Below, piece after piece: positions 24,895-37,200 of a stretch of 64,000 nt of DNA; positions within the stretch are counted from its first letter, which is position 1, and each line of letters starts with the position of its first letter. The notes under the pieces are model-generated. The model was not told where the DNA came from. It did no database searches and worked only from the letters and a program-made list of their open reading frames with translations. Source of the DNA: Mobula hypostoma (lineage: Eukaryota); the NCBI RefSeq assembly GCF_963921235.1, contig NC_086101.1:14632001-14696000 (forward strand). Direction: 5' to 3'. The position numbers and the translations under genes were made by a program.

Positions 24895-25260
24895 TTTCTG
24901 ATGTGTACAAGGTAATGAGAGGCATTGATCATGTGGATAGTCAGGGGCTTTTCCCCAGGGCTGAAATGGCTAACACGAGAGGGCACAGTTTTAAGGTGCT
25001 TGGAAGTAGGTACAGAGGAGATGTCAGGGGTAAATTTCTTACGCTGAGAGTGGTGAGTGCGTGGAATGGGTTGCCGGCGGCGGTGGTGGAGGCAGAAACG
25101 ATAGAGTCTCTTAAGAGACTCCTGGATGGCTACATGGAGCTTAGAAATATAGAGGGCTGAGGGTAAAGCCTAGGTACTTCTAAGGTAGGGACAGGTTCAG
25201 CACAGCTTTGTGGGCCGAAGAGCCTGTATTGTGCTGTAGGTTTTCTATGTTTCTATATGT
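24895..25260 (+). mobile_element. CR1 3' fragment
   Basis: ORF 24903-25160 (RGHSFKVLGSRYRGDVRGKF) and ttttctatgtttctat tail. Confidence 0.85.
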
Positions 25261-25964
25261 TTGTAACTGCTACTCTGTCACCCAATTCACACTTTAATCG
25301 ATTGGTTGGCCTTTCATAAACTTCAGATAGTATTTCCGCCCAACTAACCCAGGCCAACCAGTGGGCTCCCATTGGCCTTGATCTCATTGCCCAGCATCTG
25401 CCCAGAGTTTTCAAAGCTGATTACAGTGCTCATCTGAGCACTTCTTAATGTTCTAGGTTACTATGCTTCTAATAGTGACACTGCCATTGAATTACAAGTA
25501 CTAGCCACATTCAGGGTAAAAAAAGGTCCTCCTTGGATTTCTTACTCCTTACCCAACATCTATGTCTGTATTTTTAATAAGGGGAATACTTGGCTTTCCA
25601 GTCTATCTGAACTGACGTTTCAATTGTCCAAACACCGGATAGGGCCTTGCTCTAGGACCCAGACCCCGGCGAAGCAACACAGTTTGGCTGCCCAGCCCGA
25701 AGCCGTTCTCGATTGGCTTGGCGCTTGGAATGATCCAACCTTACACCTGGGTTAGGTGGACGAACAACGAAACTTTTCCTCATCGAATACGCTCCAAATC
25801 GGAAACAAGGAGGGAGACTGGGGCTAAGAGGGAAAACAGATCAGCCATGGCGAAATGGGGAGTAGGTTTGATGGACAAATGGCTTATTTCTTTTGGTCTT
25901 TTAAGTTAATCATACCGTTACAAGAAAGAACACAATTCGATCAGAACATTTCAGGGCAAAGTAT

Positions 25965-28900
25965 ATAACATAGAAACACAGAAACATAGAAAGCCTACAG
26001 CCCAATACAGGCATTTCGGCCCACAAAGCTGTGCTGAACATGTCCTTACCTTAGAACTACCTAGGATTACCTATAGCCCTCTATTTTTCTAAGTTCCATG
26101 TATCCATCCAGGAGTATTTTAAAACACCCTATCATTTCCACCTCCACCATCATTGCTGGCAGCCCATTCCACGCACTCACCACTCTCTGCGTAAAAAACT
26201 TACCACAGATATCTTCCCTGTACCTACTTCCAAGCAGCTTAAACTATGTCCTCTCGTGCAAGCCATTTCAGCCCTGGGAAAAAGCCTTTGACTATCCACA
26301 CGATCAATGCCTCTCATTATCCTATACAACTCTATCAGGTCACCTCTCATCCTCCGTCGCTCCAAGAGGGAAAGGACGAGTTCACTCAACCTTTTCTCAT
26401 ATGGCATGCTTCCCAATCCAGGCAACATCCTTGTAAATCTCCTCTGCACCCTTTCTATTGTTTTCCCGTCCTTTCTGCAGTGAGTTGACCAGAACTGAGC
26501 ACAGTGTTCCACGTGGGGTCTCACCAGTGTCCTATACAGCTGCAACATTACCTCTTGGCTCCTAAACTCAATCCCACGGTTGATAAAGGCCAATACACCG
26601 TATGCCTTCTTGACCACAGAGTGAACCTGCGTAGCAGCTTTGAGTGTCTGATGGACTTGGACCCCAAGATCCTTCTGATTCTCCACACTGCCAAGAGTCT
26701 TACCATTAATGGTATGTTCTGCCATCATATTTGACCTACCAAAATGAACCACCTCACGCTTACCTGGTTTGAACTCCATCTGCCACTTCTCAGCCCAGTT
26801 TTGCAATCTATCGATATCCTGCTGTAACCTCTGAGAGCACTCCACACTATCCACAACACCCCCAATCTTTGTGTCATCATCAAATTTACTATCCCATCCC
26901 CACACTTCCTCACTAGGTTATTTATAGAAAATCACAAAGAGTAGGGGTCCCAGAACAGATCCCTGAGGCAGATCCCTGAGGCACACCCCTGGTCACGGGA
27001 CTCCATGCAGAATATGACCCATCTACAACCAGTCTTTGTCTTCTGTGGGCAAGGCAGTTCTGGATCCACAAAACAATGTCCCCTTGGATCCCATGCCTCT
27101 TTACTTTCTCAATAAGCCTTGCATGGGGCACCTTACCAAATGCCTTGCTGAAATCCATATACACGACATTTACTGCTCTTCCTCCATCAATGTGTTTAGT
27201 CACATCCTCAAAAAATTCAATCAGGCTCGTAAGGCACGACCTGCCTTTCACGAAGCCATGTTGACTATTCATAATCATACTATGCCTCTACAAATGTTCA
27301 TAAATCCTGCCTCTCCAGATCTTCTCCATCAACTTACCAACTACTGAAGTAAGACTCACTGGCCTATAATTTCCTGGGCTATGCCTACTCCTTCTCGTGA
27401 ATAAGGGAACAACATCTGCAACCCTCCCATCCTCCAGAACCTCTTCCATCCTCATTGATGATGCAAAGATTATTGCCAGAGCCTCAGCAATCTCCTCCCT
27501 TGCTTCTCACAGTAACCTGGGGTACACCCCGTCTGATCCCGGTGACCAAACCAACTTATTGCTTTTCAAAAGCTCCAACACATCCTCTCACTTAATAGGT
27601 ACATGCTCAAGCTTTTCAGTCCACCACAAATCATCCCTACAACTGCCAAGATACTTTTGCGTAGCGAATACTGAAGCAAAATATTCATTTAGTACCTGTG
27701 CCTCCTCCGGTTCCATGCACACTTATCCACAGTTACACTTGATTGGTTCCATTCTCTGACATCTTATCCTCTTGCTCTTCACATACTTGTAGAATGCCTC
27801 GGGGTTTTCCTTAATCTTATCCCCAAGGCCTTCTCATGGCCCCTTGTACCTCTCCTAATTTCATTCTTAAGCTCCTTCCTGCTAGCCTTATAAACTTCTA
27901 GATTCCTATCGTTACCTAGTTTCGTAAGCTCTTCTTTTCTTCTTGACTGGATTTACAACAGCCTTTGTACACCATGGATCTTGTACCCTACCATTCTTTC
28001 CATGTTTCATTGGAACGTACTATCTCAGAACCCCACGGAAATATCCCCTGAACATTTGCCACATTTCTTCCGAACGTTTCCCTGAGAACATCTGTTTCCA
28101 ATTTATGCTTCCAAGTTCCTGCCTGATAGCATCATATTTCCCCTTACTCCAATTAAAAGTTTCCGTAACCTGTCTGTTCCTATCCATCCCTTATGCTATG
28201 GTGAAGGAGATAGAATTGTAATCACTATCTTCAAAATGCTCTCCTACTGAGAAACCCGACACTTGACCAGGTTCATTTCCCAATATCAGATCAAGTACAG
28301 CTTCTCTTCTTGTAGGCTTATTTACATATCGTGTCAAGAAACCTTCCTGAACATACCTAGCAAACTCCAGCCCTTCTAAATCCCTCACTCTAGGGAAATG
28401 CCAATCAATATTTGGGAAATTAAACTCTCCCACCACAACAACCCTGTTACTATTACACTTTTCCAGAATCTGTCTCCCTATCTGCTCCTGAAAATTCCCT
28501 GTTACTGTTGGGCGGTCTGTAAAGAACACCCAGCAGAGTTGTTGTCCTCTTCCTATTACTGAATTCCACCCACAGAGACTCCGTCGACAACCTCTCCATG
28601 ACTTTCTCTTTCTCCGCAGCTGTGACACTATCTCTGATCAACAGTGCCACGCCCCAACCTCTTTTGCCTCCCTCCCTGTCCTTTTTGAAACATCTAAAGC
28701 CTGACACTTGAAGTAGCCATTCCTGCCACCTGCACCATCCAAGTCTCTGTAATGGCCACAACATCATAGCTGCAAGTGCTGATCCACGCTCTAAGCTCAT
28801 CTGCTTTATTCATAATACTCCTTGCATTAAAATAGACACATGTCAAACGGTATGAGTGCATCCCTTCTCTATCACCTGCCTATCCTCCCTTTTGCATTGT

Positions 28901-30085
28901 CTCCAAGCTTTCTCTATTTGCAAGCCAACCACCCTTTCCTCCGTCACTTCAGTTTGGTTCCCACCCGCCAGCAATTCTAGCTTAAACTCTCCCCAATAGC
29001 CTTTACAAACCTCCCCGCCGAGATATTAGTTCCCCTCACATTCAAGTGCAACCCATCCTTTTTGTACAAGTCACACCTGCCCCAGACGAGGTCCCAATGA
29101 TCCCAAAATCTGAATCCCTGCCCTCTCCTCCAATCCCTCAGCCACGCATTTATCCTCCACCTCATTCTATACCTATACTTACTGTCACGTGGCACAGGCA
29201 GTAATCCCGAGAATACTACCTTTGAGGTCCTGCTTCTCAAATTCCTTCCTAACTCCCTGCAGTCTGCTTTCAGGAGCTTCTTCCTTTTCCTACCTATGTC
29301 ATTGGTACCAATACTTACCGCGACCTCTGGCTGTTCTCCTTACCAGTTCAGGATATTGCGGACACGATCAGAAACATCCCGGACCCTGGCACCTGGGAGG
29401 CAAACTTCCATCCGCGTTTCTTTCCTGCGTCCACAGAAGCATCTGTCTGACCCCCTAACTATAGAGTCCCCTATCACTGCTGCCATCCTCTTCCTTTCCC
29501 TACCCATCTGAGCCACACGGCCACTGTTACTTTCTCCGGGTAGGCCGTCTCCCCCAACAGTAGTTAAACAGGACTGGGGTACTGTCTAGCACCTTGCCCT
29601 TCCCTCTCCAGACTGTTACCCACTTATCTGTCTCCCCAGGCCCTGGAGTGACTACCTGCCTATAGTTCCTCTCTATCAGCTCATCACTCTCCTTGACCAG
29701 ACGAAGGTCATCGAGCAGCATCTCCAGTTCCCCAACGCGGTCCCTAAGGAGCTGCAGCTCGATACATCTGGTGCAGATGTGGCCGTCCGGGAGGCTGGGA
29801 GTCTCCAGGACCTTCTCCATCTGACACCGAGCACAGAACACCGGCCTCACACACATTCGCTCTGTCAGCATTCTAAACAGATAACCTACCTCTCCTCGAC
29901 CCGTTAACGCTTAAGCCCCATTGAGCCAAAGCGTTCCTACTCAGTCTCCCACGACTCCTTCGCCCGCTCCTCCGACGACTGCTCTGTAAATCTGTCTTCT
30001 TTTTAAACTTTTCCCGCTGTTCTCACTGGCCGACCTTCACGCGCTTGCGCAGTTGTGCCCTGTTCAAATCGCTGAAGAAAACTTT
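25965..30085 (-). mobile_element. Near-full-length degenerate CR1 LINE (ORF1 zinc finger + SGNH esterase; ORF2 APE + RT)
   Basis: ORF1 pieces 29527-29871 (CxxC...CxxC) and 28977-29240 (SGLLPVP...DGLHLN); endonuclease pieces 28191-28800; RT pieces 26177-27278; (CATAGAAA)n tail at 25965. Confidence 0.92.
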
Positions 30086-30134
30086 CAAAAATTGTCAAAA
30101 TCTTTCCAATGTTCCAATGTTTTCTAATCATTAA

Positions 30135-30730
30135 GGACCTTCATAATGCAGGACATGCCCAGGTCGAGCACCTCCGCTCCGTCCGCCACAACAGACAGAA
30201 TCTCCCGGTTGCCACCCACTTGAACTCTTCTTCCCATTCCCATTCGGATATGTCCATACATGGCCTCCTCTACTGCCATGATGAGGCTAAACTCAGGTTG
30301 GAGGAGCAACACCTCAAATACGGTCCAGGTAGTCTTCAGCCCCTTTGTATGAACATAGAATTCTCCAACTTCTGCTAATTCCGAACCCCTCCCTTCCCCT
30401 ATCCCTATGTCACTCTGCCCCCTCCCCCAGCTGCCTATCACCTCCCTCATGGTTCCGCCTCCTTCTACTACCCATTGTGTTTTCCCTTATTCCTTCTTCA
30501 CCTTTCCTGCCTATCCCCTCCCTGCTTCCCCTCCCCCACCCCTTTATCTTTCCCCTTACTGGTTTTTCACCTGGAACCTACCAACCTTCTCCTTCCCACC
30601 TTCCCCCCACCTTCTTTATAGGGCCTCTGCCCCTTCCCTCTTCCATCCTGACAAAGGGTTCCGGCCCGAAACATTGACTGATCGTTTCCACGGATGCTGC
30701 CCGACCTGTTGAGTTCCTCCAGCGTGTTGT
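30135..30730 (+). mobile_element. Penelope-like 3' fragment (GIY-YIG C-terminus + tail)
   Basis: ORF 30109-30378 EHLRSV...VATHLNSSSHSHSDMSIHGLLYCHDEAKLRLEEQHL, homologous to 20541-20867. Confidence 0.88.
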
Positions 30731-30974
30731 GAGCAAAGAACAGGAAAGTGTCATTTTTAAAGCACTTCCTCTATTTCATTTTTGAAAATGAAATCAATCC
30801 CACGGGTATCCTGTGAACCTCACATGACAGTAAAATGAATCAAAGAAACAGTTGGCTATTTACTATCCACAGATGTTTTGTCATTTAGAGGGGTAACAGC
30901 TACTTAGCATCAATTACTTGTTCCAGCCCAGTGACACGTGCTTCTCTCAAAGATATCGATCATTTATTGGTCTA

Positions 30975-32280
30975 TACAGAAAAACATAGAAAACATAGAA
31001 AACCTACAGCACAATACAGGCCCTTCGGCCCACAAAGTTGTGCCGAACATGTTCCTACCTTAGAAATTACTAGGCTTACCTATAGCCCTCTATTTTCCTA
31101 AGCTCCATGTACCTATCCAAAAGTCTCCTTAAAGACCCTATCGTATCCACCTCCACCACCATTGCCAGCAGCCCACTCCATGCACGCACCACTTTCTGAG
31201 TAAAAAACTTACCTCTGACATCTCCTCTGTACCTGCTCCTAAGCACCTTAAACCTATGCCCCTACAACCAGGGTCCTATATAGCTGCAACATTACCTCCC
31301 AGCTCCTAAATTCAATTCCACGATTGATGAAGGCCAATATACCATATGCCTTCTTAACCACAGAGTCAACCTGCACAGCTGCTTTGAGCGTCCTGTGGAC
31401 TCGGACCTCAAAATCCCTCTGATCCTCCACACTGCCAAGAGTCTTACCATTAATACTATATTCTGCCATTATATTTGACCTACCAAAATGAACAACTTCA
31501 CACTTATCTGGGTTGAACTCCATCTGCCACTTCTCAGCCCAGTTTTGCATCCTATCAATGTCCCACTGTAACCTCTGACAGCCCTCCACACTATCTACAA
31601 CACCCGCAACCTTTGTGTCATCAGGAAATTTACTAACCCATCCCTCCACTTCTTCATCCACGTCATTTATAAAAATCACAAAGAGAAGGGGTCCCAGAAC
31701 AGATCCCTGAGGCATATGACTGGTCAGCGACTTCCATGCAGAATATGACCCATCTACAACCACTCTTTGCCTTCTGTGTGCAAGCCAGTTCTGGATCCAC
31801 AAAACAATGTCCCCATGGATCCCATGCCTCCTTACTTTCTCAATAAGCCTTGCTTGGGGTACCTTGTCAAGTGCCTTGCTGAAATCCATATACACTATAT
31901 TTACTGTTCTTCCTTCAACAATGTGTTTAGTCACATCCTCAGAAAATTAAATCAGGCTCGTAAGGCATGATCTGCCCTTGACAAAGCTATGCTAACTATT
32001 ACTAATCATATTATAACTCTCTAAATGTTCATAAATCCTTCCTCTCAGAATCTTCTCCATCAACTTACCAACCACTACAGTAAGACTCACTGGTGTATAA
32101 TTTCCTGGGCTATCTCTACTCCCTTTCTTGAACAGGGGAACAACAACGCAACCCTCCAATCCTCCGGAACCTCTCCCGTCCTCATTGGTGTTGCAAAGAT
32201 CATCGCCAAAGGCTCAGTAATCTCTTCCCTCGCCTCCCACATAAGCCTGGGGTATATCTCTTCCTGTCCCTGTGACTTAT
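30975..32280 (-). mobile_element. CR1 LINE fragment with an internal deletion
   Basis: ORF 31254-31934 with RT motifs; jumps directly to the 3' tail near 31260. Confidence 0.9.
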
Positions 32281-33700
32281 AGAAACATAGAAGCATAGAA
32301 AATAGGTGCAGCAGTAGGCCATTCGGCCCTTCGAGCCTACATCACCATTCAGTATGATCATGGCTGATCATCCAACTCAGAACCCTGTACCTGCCTCCTC
32401 TCCATACCCCCCAATCCCATTAGCCACAGGAGCCATATCTAACTCCCTCTTAAATACAGCCAATGAACTGGCCTCAACTGTTTCCTGTGGCAGAGAATTC
32501 TACAGATTCACCACTCTCTGTGTGAAGAAGTTTTACCTCATCTTGGTCCTAAAAGGCTTCCCCTTTCTCCTTAAACTGTGACCTCTCGTTCTGGACTTCC
32601 CCAACATCGGGAACAATCTTCCTGAATCTAGCCTGGCCAATCCCTTTAGAATTTTATACGTTTCAATAAGATTCCCCCTCAATCTTCTAAATTCCAGCGA
32701 GTATAAGCCTAGTCGATCCAGTCTTTCTTCATATGACAGTCCTGCCATCCTAGGAATCAATCTGGTGAACATTCTTTGTGCTCCCTCCATAGCAAGAATG
32801 TCTTTCCTCAGATTAGGGGAACAAAACTGCACACAATACTCCAGGTGTGGTCTCACCAAGGCCTTGTACAACTGCAGTAGAACCTCCCTGCTCCTGTACT
32901 CCAGTCCTCTTGCTATGAATGCCAGCATACCATTCGGCTTTCTCACCGCCTGCTGTACCTGCATGCTCACTTTCAATGACTGGTGTATAATGACACCCAG
33001 GTCTCGTTGCACCTCCCCTTTTCCTAATCTGCCACCATTCAGATAATAATCTGTTTTCCTGGTCTTGCCACCAAAATGGATAACCTCACACTTATCCACA
33101 TTAAATTGCATCTGCCATGAATTTGCCCACTCACCTAACCTATCCAAGTCACCCTGCATCCTCTTAGCATCCTCCTCACAGCTAACACTGCCGCCCAGTT
33201 TCGTGTCATCCGCAAGCTTGGAGGTGCTGCATTTAATTCTCTCGTCTAAGTCATTAATATATATTGTAAACAATTGGGTCCCAGCACTGAGCCCTGCGGT
33301 ACCCCACTAGTCGCTGCCTGCCATTCTAAAAAGGTCCCGTTTATTCCCACTCTTTGCTTCCTTTCTGCCAACCAATTCTCGATCCACATCAAGACCATAT
33401 CCCCAATACCCAGAACCCCACGCAAATATCCCCTGAACATTTGCCACATTTCTTCCGTACGTTTCCCTGAGAACATCTGTTTCCAATTTATGCTTCCAAG
33501 TTCCTGCCTGGCAGCTTCATATTTCCACTTACTCCAATTAAACGCTTCCCTAACTTGTCTGTTCCTATCCCTCTCCGAAGCTATGGTAAAGGAGTTAGAA
33601 TTGTGATCTGTATCTCCAAAATGCTCTCCTACTGAGAGACCTGACATCTGACCAGGTTAACTTCCCAATACCAGATCAAGTACAGCTTCTCCTCTTGTAC
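32281..33700 (-). mobile_element. CR1 fragments: second subfamily (32281-~33410) joined to an endonuclease-region fragment of the first subfamily (~33410-33700)
   Basis: ORF 32533-33273 closely resembles the end of ORF 57235-59247; ORF 33246-33647 switches from the linker/endonuclease region (EHFGDTDHNS) into RT (DMVLMWIENWL). Confidence 0.85.
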
Positions 33701-34099
33701 TGGTCTGTTTTCACTTCCCATTCTCTGTTACACTGGTAACGTTCTGAGACCATTGAACAATTTTGGGAGCGTCATTTTGTTTCTAAGTTAAATTTCCCAT
33801 ATTGTGAAACATTTCACAGTTCCTCCTGCTGACGGCAACATCAGCAGAAGTGTTCCATCGTAGTTGTTTCTCAAGAAACCCCCTGAGTTCTGCATCAACA
33901 AGATATTGTCTGTATTTCGCCTGGTTGTGATCTTAACCTAAAGTTAACAGAGGAAAAAAAAATCAGGATCAAGTGTATGAACACTGACGTATGTAGTAAA
34001 ATTTATTGTTTTACGGCACCAGTACGGTGCAATGCATGCAATATAAGGGAGGGGGGAGGGAGAGAGAGAGTGGGGGGGGAGTCTGTCTCTCTGTCTGTA

Positions 34100-34198
34100 C
34101 CTTGTTTTACGGCGGTTGGCATCCAGCTTAATGGTGCATTACCGCCACCCTCTGCTCCAGAATGTGCACGAGACATACATTCTAAATCCCTTCACCCA

Positions 34199-34236
<38 letters not shown>

Positions 34237-37200
34237 CTACACTTCACCCTCCCATCTTTGACCATCCTAGTATCCTATTCCTGTTTATTCATCATATTCT
34301 ATAAAAAACCCCTGTACCCCTTAAAAATGCTAAAAATACCCGGACTTGTGCTCTCTCACGTGTGCCCAGCAACCCTTTTAATGTGAATTCCTGCATCCCC
34401 AACTCCCTTAATTTATTTCTCATCATCTCGCTCTGTATCCCATACTTCCTGCAACACAAAACTACATGGTCTACTGACCCCTCTTCCTGACATTCCTCAC
34501 ACAATCCTGTCTGGTGTTTCCTTATCATTTTCAATGTTTTGTTTAATGCACAATGCCCCAGCCTTAACCTAGTCCACACAATTTCCTCTCTTCTGTTTCC
34601 ATTACCTACCCTAGTAACTGCAACACTCTTTTGTATTTGATATAAATGCCCCCCTTTCCCCTCCCTGTCCCATCTTTCTTGCCACATTCGGTTGACTTTT
34701 TCCCAGATTACACACTTAACCTCTGCTTTACTGATACTAATGTGCATTTCCACATTTTCTTTCTTTAATGCCCTCTTTGCCAACTCATCCACCCTCTCAT
34801 TCCGCTTCACCCCTACATGTGCTGGAACCCATAGAAATTTTACCTGACCTCCCTGATTTGCAATTCTTGTAACTAACTGAAGGACTTCATAAAGTACATC
34901 TTGCCGACTGTTTGTGTGAAAAGACCTTAAACTTGCTAGAACTGAGGATGAATCTGAACATATCAATGCTTTGGCTTGTCTGGCTTTCTGCACCCATCGC
35001 AACGCAACCAACACTGGCAGCATCTCCACTGTAAACACCCCTAACTTATTAGATGTTCTTCTGCTGATTCTAATTTCTTTTGCTGGTATTACCACCCCAA
35101 ACCCTGTCACTCCTGTTTCAGGTTCCTTCGCACCATCCGTATAAATGTGAGTATAATCACTATACTTTTCCATCACATGACAGTTAAATGCATTTACCAA
35201 ATCTGTTTTATATCTTTCTTTCCTTTTTACCTCTAACAAATGCCAGTCTATGTCAGGCCATACAAGCTTCCATGGAGCTACAACCGGATAAACTACTGAA
35301 GGACTTATCCTCAGATCAAATACTCCACATTCTTTCGCGATATCATTCCCTACCCGACTAAAGGTATCCCTCTGAAACCTCCCATTTTCCCAGCACTCCT
35401 GCAACACTCCTTTAGTAGGGTGAGAATCATTGTGCCCCTGCAAGTTAGCCCAGTAGTTTGCCATCAGTTGCATCCTTCTTAGTTCCAAAGGCATTATTCC
35501 CATTTCTACCTGTAGTGCTGACACTGGTGACGTTTTAAAAGCCCCACTGCACACTCTCAAGGCCTGAGCCTGAATCACATCCAGTTTCCTTATAAGAGAC
35601 CTAGCTGCTGATCCATATACTATATTTCCATAATCCAATACAGATCTTACTAAAGCCACATACATTCTCTTCAAAGCTGAACAACTTGCTCCACATTCCT
35701 TACCAGTCAAACATCTCATCACATTTATTACTTTTTTACATTTCTCCTCAACTTTCCTGATATGGTCTGCCCATGTTAATCGTGAATCAAATATAACTCC
35801 CAGAAATTTAAATGATGCAACCCTTTCTAATTCAACCCCATACATCCTTAACTTCTTCCCTACCTCAACCCTTTTCCTGGTAAAAAGTATAGTTTGAGTT
35901 TTGTCTACTGAAAATCTACATCCTCAATCATAACCCCAATCCACCACTTCATCAATTGCTTCTTGTAGTTTCCTGATTATATGGTCCATGTTCCTGCCTC
36001 TTTTCCACAAGGCCCCATCATCCGCAAACAGTGACCTACCTATATCCACTGGTACCTTTGTGAAGACATCATTGATCATAATGATGAAAAGTAACGGGCT
36101 AATCACACTACCTTGAGGTGTGCCATTTTCCACTATGTACTGTTTTGATAATTCTGATCCAATCTGAACTTGAATTTTTCTACCAAACAAAAAATCTTTA
36201 ATCCAATTAAAAACTCTCCCACCAACCCCCATCTTGTGCAGTTTAATTAATAATCCTTCCTTCCACATCATATCATAGGCTTTTTCAATGTCAAAGAACA
36301 CTGCCACTACTGACTCTCTATTTGCCTGGGCCTTCCTTATTTCAGTCTCTAACATAATCACTGAGTCCATGGAATTCCTTCCCTTTCTAAAACCACTCTG
36401 ATAACTTGCCAGCATTCCCCTTTTCTCAAGCTCATATGATAACCTTTCTGTTATCATCCTTTCCATTATCTTACATATACTTGATGTTAATGCAATTGGT
36501 CTGTAGCTAGTGGGTTTTGACAGATCTTTGCCAGGCTTCCTTATTGGAATTACTACTGCTTCTTTCCATGCACTTGGTAATCTTCCCTCCTCCCACACTC
36601 TGTTATAAAAATGCAGCAACTTCAAGAGCGCACCTTCTCCTAGATTTTTTTTAGCATCACAGAGCATATCAGATCTTTCCCTGGGGAGGTTGGTCTCGAT
36701 CTCTTTATTGCTCTCACCATTTCTGCTAATGTAAATGGATCATCAATTATATCATCTGTTCCTCCCCTCCTGCTTAACACACCTGGGTGTTGGCTCATTA
36801 TTCTTTCCCTTCTTCTTCTCTCTTCTTCAGACAAATTTTCTGAACTGTGTATCAGTACAAGTGACTTGGCCATGACCTCAGCCTTATCCCTACTGGAGAC
36901 AGCAGTTTCCTCCTCAGATATCATTATTGGATATTCCCATTCCCTTCTATCTCCTCCCATCCTCTTAATCATTCCCCGTATCTCTCCCACAGGTGTTGTT
37001 CTTCCTACCTTGTCGCAAAATCTCCTCCAACTTGCCCTTTTAGCTTGACATATAGTTCTTCTCACCACTGCCTGTGCTTTCTTATATTGAACCAAATGCT
37101 GCATATTATGGGTTCTTTTAACTAGCCTGAATGCTCTATTTCTGTTTTTTACAGCCTGACAACATTCCTCTGTCCACCATGGTACCAGTTTTCTATTCAT

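Larger units (their letters stand above)
16719..27867 (+). repeat. Segmental duplication, copy A (matches 53416-64000)
   Basis: Colinear match from tgaactaacttacaaatccgcg through the TM exon, 3'UTR, solo LTR, SINE and CR1; interrupted by copy-specific insertions. Confidence 0.95.

Noticed and set aside
25620-25900. CpG-containing block with short ORFs in both duplicates (25718-25909, 61692-62099)
   Set aside because: Frames differ between the copies and no domain or splice pattern is recognisable; probably an old unclassified repeat.
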